This document shows positions 44,814 through 52,153 of a DNA stretch of 64,000 nucleotides, piece after piece (position 1 is the first letter of the stretch; every line of letters begins with the position of its first letter). The position numbers and the translations under genes are program-made. Location of the stretch: NCBI GenBank assembly GCA_022616415.1, contig JAKEEU010000332.1, positions 1,367-65,366 on the forward strand. Direction: 5' to 3'. Source of the stretch: Candidatus Zhuqueibacterota bacterium (GTDB taxonomy: Bacteria; Zhuqueibacterota; Zhuqueibacteria; Zhuqueibacterales; Zhuqueibacteraceae). The notes under the pieces were generated by a model. It searched no databases and was not told where the DNA came from. It saw only the letters and a program-made list of their open reading frames with translations.

Positions 44814-44880
44814 CCCAACGGATAGATGAACCCAACTGTAAAAATTTTTTCCGTTGGGTTATCTATCCGTGGGAATTTTT
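44814..44880 (+). terminator. Imperfect long hairpin plus T-run (CCCAACGGATA family)
   Basis: CCCAACGGATAGATGAACCCAAC (from 44814) pairs with CCGTTGGGTTATCTATCCGTGGG (44851-44873), then AATTTTTTTTAAAA. Confidence 0.5.
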
Positions 44881-44917
44881 TTAAAATAAACTTTTATCAG
44901 AAAATCTTTTCTTGGGC

Positions 44918-46432
44918 ATGCCCACCGTGATACAAACTCCCTTGTCGGATTGGCTACTCGGCGCTGTACTTTTTTCCGGCATGATCGTTCTCCTAACTTT
45001 GGCGGAACGCATCTATCGCCGTTATCCCGAACGCGCCGAAGCTTTGCGCAAGTTCATCCACATCGTGACCGGTGTGGCGGTTTTGCCGGCGCCGTGGCTT
45101 TTCACTTCGTGGCTGCCGATTTTTATCATCACCGCGTTTTTTGCTTTGGCTAATTGGTGGGCAATCCGGCGTGGTAAGCTCAAATCCATTCATCAAGTTT
45201 CCCGCGCGTCGCTCGGCACGTTTTATTATCCGCTTGCTTATGCGCTCTTGCTGCTGTTGTTTTGGAAACGTCATGTGATGATTCTCTCCATTGCATTCGC
45301 ACTTATGGCGTTTGGTGATGCCATCGCCGGAATCATCGCCGGCAAAGTGAAACAGCGCAAAATTCTGCCGCTGCCGTGGGACAAAAAATCTTTGCAAGGC
45401 GGCGCCGCGATGTTTGTCACCTCAACACTTTTGGTTGCGATTGGCTTGGCGCTCTTTCGTCACGAGCACAATTTGTCAATTAGTAATTGCGTTTTAATTT
45501 CAGTGGCTATCGGCCTGCTCGCCACCGCCGCCGAAGCGCTTTCCTATCGCGGTTCGGATAATTTGACCGTACCGTTGCTGGCGGCGTTGGGATTATATGT
45601 CGTTCTGCAGCCAGAAATGCAGCAACAATTTTTTCTCGGCGAAACGCTGGCGCTCGGCGTCACCTTGACAGCTTTCCTCGTCAAGTCATTGAATTTGAGC
45701 GGCGCGTTGATGGGATTCTTGATTGGAACCATCGTCTTCGGCATTGGCGGATGGACTTTCGCCATTACAATGTTGTTGTTCTTCATCGGCTCCAGTCTGC
45801 TCTCCAAACTGCCGCAGAAGGACGCAAAGCCGGCCCAAGAAATGATCGCCAAAGGCGGCCGCCGCGACGCCGTGCAAGTTTTGGCGAATGGCCTGCTCCC
45901 AACGCTCATGGTGATCGCCAGTTTGATCATTAAAAATGAAACAGCTTTTCTGCTTTATCTCGGCGGACTGGCGGCAGCAACGGCAGATACCTGGGCAACA
46001 GAAATCGGTTTGCGTTTTGGCGGCCAACCGCGTTTCATTTTAACCGGAAAATTGGTTGCGCCCGGTACTTCGGGTGGAATCACAGTAGCGGGTGTTCTCG
46101 GCGCGTGCCTCGGCGCTGCGCTTGTAGCGCTGGCGGGATATTTGAGCTATCGGTTTTTTGAAAATGTTGAAACTCGTTGGCAGCCATTTATTGGCGTGAC
46201 CATAGCCGGCATCATCGCGCAGTTCATCGACAGCCTGCTCGGCGCGACGCTGCAACGCCGGAATCGCTGTGTCGTTTGTGGAAAAATCACCGAGCGCAGC
46301 GAGCATTGCGGGCAACCCACAAACTACGCGTCGGGATGGCGTTGGTTGGATAATGACGTGGTGAATATCGCGTGCGGAGTGAGTGGGATCGTTCTGGTGG
46401 CAATAACAAACACGATGCTATTCAGCAATTGA
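44918..46432 (+). CDS. Polytopic membrane protein: CTP-dependent polyprenol/phytol-kinase-like N-half plus DUF92 (TMEM19-like) C-half with a Cys4 tail
   Basis: LRKFIHIVTGVAVL and GDAIAGIIAGK in the N-half, AATADTWATEIG (DUF92 hallmark) in the C-half, and the tail CVVCGKITERSEHCGQP. Confidence 0.6.
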   Translation: MPTVIQTPLSDWLLGAVLFSGMIVLLTLAERIYRRYPERAEALRKFIHIVTGVAVLPAPWLFTSWLPIFIITAFFALANWWAIRRGKLKSIHQVSRASLGTFYYPLAYALLLLLFWKRHVMILSIAFALMAFGDAIAGIIAGKVKQRKILPLPWDKKSLQGGAAMFVTSTLLVAIGLALFRHEHNLSISNCVLISVAIGLLATAAEALSYRGSDNLTVPLLAALGLYVVLQPEMQQQFFLGETLALGVTLTAFLVKSLNLSGALMGFLIGTIVFGIGGWTFAITMLLFFIGSSLLSKLPQKDAKPAQEMIAKGGRRDAVQVLANGLLPTLMVIASLIIKNETAFLLYLGGLAAATADTWATEIGLRFGGQPRFILTGKLVAPGTSGGITVAGVLGACLGAALVALAGYLSYRFFENVETRWQPFIGVTIAGIIAQFIDSLLGATLQRRNRCVVCGKITERSEHCGQPTNYASGWRWLDNDVVNIACGVSGIVLVAITNTMLFSN

Positions 46433-46465
46433 CCTGGATTATCGGGGTTGGTACGGCAAGTAACA

Positions 46466-46660
46466 TGTCATCCTGGAAGGATCTTGTTCAAATTGAGTAC
46501 ACTGCTTGTGCTGAACAAGATTTTTCTAGAATGATGTGTTACTTGCGAGTTCGTTCGCCAGGCAACACAACTGTCATCCTGAAAGGATGTTTTTTGGATT
46601 GAGCACAGTGCTGGCGCTAAAAAGGATTCTTGCAAAATGACGTGGTACTTGGAAGTTGGG
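46466..46660. repeat. Two tandem ~106-nt units beginning TGTCATCCTG(G/A)AAGGAT
   Basis: Unit A begins at 46466 and unit B at 46572. They share blocks TGTCATCCTGRAAGGAT...ATTGAG.ACA.TGCT.G.GCT.AA.A.GATT.TT...AATGA.GTG.TACTTG. Unit A contains the 10-bp stem ATCTTGTTCA/TGAACAAGAT. Confidence 0.6.
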
Positions 46661-46775
46661 GATTGACTTTTAAAAAAATTTAACCTACCTTTTCTTTAAC
46701 ATCACGGGCTTCCTAGGCACTGAAGAATCTTCGCAGTATTGATAGTTTTCCAAGACAATAAGTGGAGCAACCACA

Positions 46776-47666
46776 ATGGGATTCACAAAAATGGTCAAGC
46801 CCCAATATCCGCCGCGATTATGGACTTTGGCGGGATTTCCCGGATCGGGAAAGAGCACCTTCGCCGCGCAAATGCGCCCTCCCCTGCTTGCTATCGACGC
46901 GGATCGCCGGTTCTCTGAAGTTCTCAACCTGGCGCAAGGCGAGGTTTATTCGCTCAGCGAAGCTGCCGCTGATAATGCCAACACCGACAAAATCGTGTCA
47001 TTGTTAAAGGCCAATATGCCGGGCAGTGAGGTCAACACGATTATCGTTGATAGTCTGAGCGCGGTCATCAGCCCTTTGGTGACGCAGGCGATTATAGACA
47101 ACGACGCCGGGCGCAATCGCAATCGCGCGGCGGCGTTCAAGAACAAAGCCCTGGCGATGCGACAACTCCAGGACGCGGTCACGTGTTGGGGCAAAGACGT
47201 GCTGTGGATTTATCATCTCAAAGAAGGCCGTGATGGGCAAGGGAGTAAAGTTATCCGCACGACCGTGCCGGAAACCGAGCTGGAAAGATTGAAACGTTCG
47301 ATCAACCTGCAATTGGAAATCGTGCAGGACGGAGAAAGACGCGGCATTAAAGTGATTTGGGCCAGACAAGGGCGGAATCAAATAACCTTATGGGATGAAA
47401 CCGGCAGATGGCTGGGAATGCCGGAGCGCATAGAAGCCGCAGTTTATGGCGGGTTGCCGGACCAGGAAAAAGCTGAAAACAGCATTCCCAAACAATTCGC
47501 TAATATCGAGGCGGCAATTGTCTGGGGAATGTCCCTGGGCGTTTTCCCAGACGCCACCAGCGCCCGGCAAGCTTATGATGAAATCAAGCGGAAGAACAAA
47601 CCCAAGACCGCCACGGAGATGGCGTCTTATTGGACGGCTGAAGTGTTGAGGCGGCGGAAAAAGTAA
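46776..47666 (+). CDS. AAA_24 / Sak4-like P-loop ATPase (phage-type RecA-fold protein)
   Basis: Walker A LAGFPGSGKSTFA, Walker B-like NTIIVDSLSAV. RBS GGAG is 9 nt upstream. Confidence 0.55.
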   Translation: MGFTKMVKPQYPPRLWTLAGFPGSGKSTFAAQMRPPLLAIDADRRFSEVLNLAQGEVYSLSEAAADNANTDKIVSLLKANMPGSEVNTIIVDSLSAVISPLVTQAIIDNDAGRNRNRAAAFKNKALAMRQLQDAVTCWGKDVLWIYHLKEGRDGQGSKVIRTTVPETELERLKRSINLQLEIVQDGERRGIKVIWARQGRNQITLWDETGRWLGMPERIEAAVYGGLPDQEKAENSIPKQFANIEAAIVWGMSLGVFPDATSARQAYDEIKRKNKPKTATEMASYWTAEVLRRRKK

Positions 47667-47817
47667 TGAACGATTTTATGTTTCTTTTGCAAAAAAATTT
47701 TGCAAGAATGGGAAAAAGCATTTCAATGCTGACTTGACTTTTTGCTAAAACATGATTAACTTTAGTTGTAAATTCTAATGTTCACCATTCTAACAATACG
47801 CTTTCACAGGATGAACC

Positions 47818-48150
47818 ATGAAACTGGAAGACTATTTTGACTTTCTCTCGCCCGATGACATTCGCCTCAAAGGGCACCGGATCGGCATTGATAATGTGCT
47901 CGCTTATTACCTGCAAGGATACACGCCGGAGGAAATTGCCGTGCATCTTCCCCCTTTGAGTTTGGAGAAGATTTACGCCACGATCACTTATTACCACCAT
48001 AAGCGCGCCGAAGTGGATGCCTATCTCGCGCGGCTGGCGGCCTGGCGGGAACAACGATATCAGGAAGCGCAGGCCAATCCTTCGCCTGTCGTGCAACGGC
48101 TGCGCGCCATAAAAGCAGAACGGCAGAAAGCGCGAATGGGGCTGCAATGA
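47818..48150 (+). CDS. DUF433-domain protein (antitoxin-like HTH)
   Basis: IRLKGHRIGIDNVLAYYLQGYTPEEIAVHLPPLSLEKIYATITYY. Its stop overlaps the start of the next gene. Confidence 0.65.
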   Translation: MKLEDYFDFLSPDDIRLKGHRIGIDNVLAYYLQGYTPEEIAVHLPPLSLEKIYATITYYHHKRAEVDAYLARLAAWREQRYQEAQANPSPVVQRLRAIKAERQKARMGLQ

Positions 48151-48506
48151 AGATGTGTTTCCTTTTGGACGAAAACATCTCGCCGCGAGTCAAAGCGGCA
48201 TTGCTTCGTCTGAATCCGACAATTGACGTGTTGCGTGTTGGTGATCCAGGCACGCCATCATTGGGCACACTTGATCCGGAAATCCTGCGCTTCCTTGAGG
48301 TGTCGCAGCGGCTTTTAATCACCGACAATCGCATCAGCATGCCGGCGCATATTGAAGCACATTGGGCTGCCGGCGGCCATATTGGGGGATTGTTTTGGGT
48401 TCGCCCGGAAACCGCGATTGGCCGGCTGGCAGAAGAGCTGCACCTCATTTGGGAGACGAGCGAAGCCGAGGAGTGGATCGATCGGCTGGATTGGATTCCG
48501 TTCTAA
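48147..48506 (+). CDS. DUF5615-family PIN-like protein (toxin-like)
   Basis: MCFLLDENISPRVKAALLRL...LITDNR. This is the usual partner of DUF433. Confidence 0.6.
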   Translation: MKMCFLLDENISPRVKAALLRLNPTIDVLRVGDPGTPSLGTLDPEILRFLEVSQRLLITDNRISMPAHIEAHWAAGGHIGGLFWVRPETAIGRLAEELHLIWETSEAEEWIDRLDWIPF

Positions 48507-48592
48507 AAAAATTTTCGAGGCGCTCGCTTCGCTCGCGCCAAACAAATGATCGAATAATAAAATAATCAAATGACTCAAATAACCAAAGGCTC

Positions 48593-48699
48593 GATGATTG
48601 TCACGAGCGCACCGCACGCACGTAGAGGCTGCTGCCAATGCCGTGGCGATCGCAACTGCCGTAGCCGAAATCGACATACCACGCACGCCCAGCGCTTTC
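48593..48699 (-). repeat. DGR variable repeat 1 (VR1), 3' end of the TIR-DUF1566 gene
   Basis: It aligns without gaps to TR 51236-51342. By my count, 13 mismatches lie in the body plus 1 near the stop codon and 1 at the 5' edge. Every one is at a plus-strand T of TR, which is a coding-strand A. Confidence 0.9.
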
Positions 48700-49686
48700 C
48701 TTATCCGCCGTCCAAATCCACGTCTGTTGGCGATCAAACACCGGATCGATATACAAATTGCCGTGCTCTTTCGGCTCCATCAGTGACATCGCCTCTTCCA
48801 AAGTTGGCAAACGCCAATCCGTGACGCCGCCATGTTTGTTGGCGTTCAACTGGCGAATATAAGTTTCAGCCTCTTTGAACGGCACATACTTTTCCGAGCC
48901 GCCTTTCTGCCAAGTCAACCCCGTCGCGTGATCAATCACCAACGCCGCACCGGCCCTCTCGACGCTTTCATATTCATGCTGAATGCCTTTTCCCGACGAA
49001 TTCTTGTATTGGTCGTAAAAATTTTTCTCGCGCAGCATCTGTTGAACTGCTTCGGCAGACAAAGGATTGATCGGCGTGTGGCGTAGTTGGATAATGGTTG
49101 GACGAGCCGGCGGGGTTGGCTTGGAAACCGGCGGTTTGCTTTTGGGCGGCGCTGCTTTTGGTCCATTCTGCGGCGGCTTGGGTACGGAGGGCGACGCGGC
49201 TTGTGACAGGCGGGCATGAATGACGCCGGCGAGTTCCGACTCAGTATCCAAATCTTTGGCGCTGGTTTGGGCCAATTGCAAGGCGCGCAACAATTCCCGT
49301 ACGCCCTGCTCGCGGTCGGAAAAGTCGATATAAGCCGTGTTCGCCATAATCGGCGGCACCGGCGTGCCGTCAATCGGACATGGAACGATCAATTTGCGCA
49401 ACGAGATGGCGTTGGTCCACTCGAGCTTGACCCAATGGGAACCCTTCGCCGCTTTTGACCACACCAGCAGCAGGGTATTACACCACTCCAACGCATCGTT
49501 AATGCGCTCGGGCAAGTTATCGCCGCCGCGGATGCCGGCGTGATCCACCCACACTTCGGCACCGGCGTCCGCCAGCGTCTTTTCAAGGCGGCGTACCAGC
49601 GCTTTGTCTTCCCACGCATGGCTGATGAAAATGCGCGGGGGCTCAGTTTTTGGCGGTTTGGCCAACTTCGTTCTCCGGGTATTCAA
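48601..49686 (-). CDS. TIR domain, Pro-rich linker and DUF1566 (CLec-fold) protein; DGR target 1
   Basis: RIFISHAWEDKALVRRLEKTLADAGAEVWVDHAGIRGGDNL...LLLVWSKAAKGSHWVKLEW (TIR). Linker PKPPQNGPKAAPPKSKPPVSKPTPPARP. C-terminal domain TGLTWQKGG...DWRLPTLEEAMSL...WIWTADKESAGRAWYVDFGYGSCDRHGIGSSLYVRAVRS (DUF1566). Confidence 0.85.
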   Translation of the reverse strand: MNTRRTKLAKPPKTEPPRIFISHAWEDKALVRRLEKTLADAGAEVWVDHAGIRGGDNLPERINDALEWCNTLLLVWSKAAKGSHWVKLEWTNAISLRKLIVPCPIDGTPVPPIMANTAYIDFSDREQGVRELLRALQLAQTSAKDLDTESELAGVIHARLSQAASPSVPKPPQNGPKAAPPKSKPPVSKPTPPARPTIIQLRHTPINPLSAEAVQQMLREKNFYDQYKNSSGKGIQHEYESVERAGAALVIDHATGLTWQKGGSEKYVPFKEAETYIRQLNANKHGGVTDWRLPTLEEAMSLMEPKEHGNLYIDPVFDRQQTWIWTADKESAGRAWYVDFGYGSCDRHGIGSSLYVRAVRS

Positions 49687-51166
49687 TCATCATCGCGATC
49701 AAGCGTTGTTTCGTGTGGCGCAATTCATGGCCGGTTTCTTCCACCACCACGACCGGCAGGCGCTGCGACTTGAGTTTGCTCAACACGGCGCTGATTTGCT
49801 TTTTCGGAAAGCCGCACGCCGGCGAAAAGCCGCGCCACTTTGCATTTAGGTTCAGACCGGCGGCTTGGTGCAGAACCTCCGCCTGCCAGCCGTAGGCTTC
49901 AAAATAGCTTCCCACCTGAACAAGACACAGATGATGGGGAAATGTTCGCAGCAGCCAGCGAATCTGCTGCCGCAAATACCGCGTGCGCCGCAGGGCCTGA
50001 TCCAATCTAACGATTTTATGTTTTTTTCGCAAAAAGAATTTTTGCAGAAACACGTGTTGTTGGAATAATTTTTCCACCAGCCGGCCGGTCTGCGCGTGGC
50101 GGAAAAGGCCGAGATAGGAATTGATCGTGGCGAGCGTCTTTTCCAACGTCTCGAGATCGAAGCGATAAGCCGTGCAGCTTTCGGTGTGGATGGCCAACTT
50201 TGGCCGAAGCTGCCGCAGTTTTTCCTTCAAATTGCCCACGTTGCGCCGGCGCACCAATTGATAACCCGGCCGCACGATACAACCCGCAAAGTCGATGCCG
50301 CCGTGCACCGGTCCGATTTGCATCATCTTTTCATGGACTTCCAACTGCAGCGTGGTTTTGAGAAAATCTCGAATCGCCTGCTGCCATTGCGCCAACTGCC
50401 AGCGGTGGCGCGCCAGCAAAATGAAATCATCGACGTAGCGCAAATAGAAGCGGCATTTGAGCACGTGCTTGACGAATTGATCGAGCGCATTCAAATAGAC
50501 GTTGGCAAAAAACTGGCTGGTGTAATTGCCGATGGGCAATCCGCAGCCTGGCGGCGCGCCAAAGAGCGTTTTGTGCGGCGGAATGCGATGGCGCAAGCCC
50601 TCAGCGTCTTGCAGCTCGTAATCTTGGGTGGGATCGTGAAATACCAGCACGCGCACCAGCCACAGCAGCTCGTGCGGGTGCGGGCAGTGTTTGGCCAGCA
50701 TCTCAAACAGCAACTGCCGGTTGATGGTCATGAAAAAATTCTTCACGTCCATTTTGAGAAAAAAGGCGGGGCGCTTGCCATTGGCGGTGAGGCGGCGCAG
50801 CAGCGTTTGCAGGGTTTGCGCCGCAGCCAATGGACCCTTGTCGGAGCGACAGGCATAAGAATGGTGGATGAAAATTTTCTCCCACACCGGTTCGAGATGG
50901 CTGCAAAGCAGGTGGTGGACGACGCGGTCACGAAACGCGGCGGCAAACACCTCCCGCGCCTTCGGCTTGCTGGTATAAAAGCACACCGAAGTCGAAGGCT
51001 GGTAACGCCGCTCCCGCAGCTCGTCGACGAGCGCCACGAGGTTCTCTTCGTGGTTCTGCTCGAAATCCAGCGCGCTCGGCTTGTTGCGTTTGTTGCGGCG
51101 ACACGCCAGATACGCTTTGTACACCTGCGGGAAATCGAACAAGACTGACCGGTCACTTAAGGCCAT
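49643..51166 (-). CDS. DGR reverse transcriptase with a C-terminal MutS-domain-I-like extension
   Basis: RT motifs FFLKMDVKNFF, the DGR hallmark LPIGNYTSQFFANVYLNALDQF, and FYLRYVDDFILLA. 507 aa. The tail reads VQVGSYFEAYGWQAEVL...GFPKKQISAVLSKLKSQRLPVVVVEETG. Confidence 0.9.
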   Translation of the reverse strand: MALSDRSVLFDFPQVYKAYLACRRNKRNKPSALDFEQNHEENLVALVDELRERRYQPSTSVCFYTSKPKAREVFAAAFRDRVVHHLLCSHLEPVWEKIFIHHSYACRSDKGPLAAAQTLQTLLRRLTANGKRPAFFLKMDVKNFFMTINRQLLFEMLAKHCPHPHELLWLVRVLVFHDPTQDYELQDAEGLRHRIPPHKTLFGAPPGCGLPIGNYTSQFFANVYLNALDQFVKHVLKCRFYLRYVDDFILLARHRWQLAQWQQAIRDFLKTTLQLEVHEKMMQIGPVHGGIDFAGCIVRPGYQLVRRRNVGNLKEKLRQLRPKLAIHTESCTAYRFDLETLEKTLATINSYLGLFRHAQTGRLVEKLFQQHVFLQKFFLRKKHKIVRLDQALRRTRYLRQQIRWLLRTFPHHLCLVQVGSYFEAYGWQAEVLHQAAGLNLNAKWRGFSPACGFPKKQISAVLSKLKSQRLPVVVVEETGHELRHTKQRLIAMMIEYPENEVGQTAKN

Positions 51167-51206
51167 TGCACGAGGAAAGATTTGCGCCTAAAAGTGACCG
51201 GTCAGT
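51144..51206 (-). promoter_or_regulatory. 15-bp inverted repeat bracketing the RT start codon, in the TR-RT spacer
   Basis: ACTGACCGGTCACTT (51144-51158) is the exact reverse complement of AAGTGACCGGTCAGT (51192-51206). The 33-nt loop contains the RT ATG (51164-51166). Confidence 0.6.
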
Positions 51207-51235
51207 AGCTTTCCAAACACGCTCGAACAGCGGAT

Positions 51236-51342
51236 GATGATTTTCACGAGCGCACCGCACGCACGTAGTTGTTGTTGCCAATGTCGTTGTGATTGCAATT
51301 GCCGTTGTTGAAATTGACATACCACGCACGCCCAGCGCTTTT
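51236..51342 (-). repeat. DGR template repeat (TR)
   Basis: A non-coding copy of the VR lying between avd and RT. In the VR frame it reads KSAGRAWYVNFNNGNCNHNDIGNNNYVRAVRS*, with 9 AAY codons. Confidence 0.9.
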
Positions 51343-51459
51343 GCCCCTCTACTTGTGGCCCGTCTTTTCGGGCCCACGTCCGGCCAATCCCGCTGGTGCA
51401 GGTATGGCCGCCGGCGAACTAATGCCCCGAGAGTCGGGGCGAGAGGGGTGCACAATCAT

Positions 51460-51864
51460 CTAATTGGCGCGCGCTTGCCCCGCACCGGTGTGCGAGGAAG
51501 ATTCTGGCCGTCCACTTTTTTGCAGCGTTGACTTCAGCCAGCCTTCGTTCTGCCGGCATAAGTCCACCACCTGATTCACACTATAGTGATACGAATCAAA
51601 ATTTGCAAAGGCTTTTTCTTCTTTGGCGATGCGCAAAGTGATTTTCAAATCTTCCAACAGCTCGCGCAGCTTTTCAAGTTGCGGCGCTTTCTCGGTCGCG
51701 TTGTTGGCGCGCACGATCTGGCGGAGCACCTCGTGCGAAAGCTGGCGCAGCTCCGTGCCGAGGCTGTATTTGTGGTAACGGCTGAAATGGCGCACGACCT
51801 TCTCGAAGTAAACGGTAAGATCGAAAGCCTTTTTGTAAATGGGAAGATGCTTGTATTGAGCCAT
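51460..51864 (-). CDS. avd: DGR accessory variability determinant (Avd; four-helix-bundle, 23S rRNA-IVS-protein-like)
   Basis: A 134-aa basic helical protein (LPIYKKAFDLTVYFEKVVRHFSRYHKYSLGTELRQLSHEVLRQIVRAN) immediately upstream of TR-RT. Confidence 0.8.
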   Translation of the reverse strand: MAQYKHLPIYKKAFDLTVYFEKVVRHFSRYHKYSLGTELRQLSHEVLRQIVRANNATEKAPQLEKLRELLEDLKITLRIAKEEKAFANFDSYHYSVNQVVDLCRQNEGWLKSTLQKSGRPESSSHTGAGQARAN

Positions 51865-52047
51865 GGCTATTCTCCGCGAGAATGCGAAGTCGGACTTGGT
51901 CAGAGGAATTTTCTAAATTTGAACGATCGTTGTGACCAAGTCCGACTTCACTTTTTCCAAAAAATTTTCGAGGCGCTCGCTTCGCTCGCGCCCAAGCAAA
52001 TGATCGAATTATAAAATAATCAAATGACTCAAATAATCAAAGGCTCA

Positions 52048-52153
52048 ATGATTGTCACGAGCGCACCGCACGCACGTAGATGACGTCGCCAAAGCCGTGG
52101 CGACTGCAATAGCCGAGGACGAAATTGACAGACCACGCACGCCCAGCGCTTTC
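52048..52153 (-). repeat. DGR variable repeat 2 (VR2), 3' end of the NTPase-DUF1566 gene
   Basis: It aligns without gaps to TR 51237-51342. By my count, 15 body mismatches plus the same 2 edge mismatches seen in VR1. All are at TR coding-strand adenines. Confidence 0.9.

Noticed and set aside
49643-51166. The reverse transcriptase interpreted as a retron or group II intron RT.
   Set aside because: No intron RNA domains or maturase/endonuclease module and no msr/msd-like repeats were seen. Instead there is an avd gene, a TR with two A-mismatched VRs and the DGR-specific IGxxxSQ motif.
51153-51455. A 100-aa ORF on the minus strand covering the TR region.
   Set aside because: It spans the DGR template repeat in a frame different from the VR frame and has no start context or homology. 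TR is expected to be non-coding.
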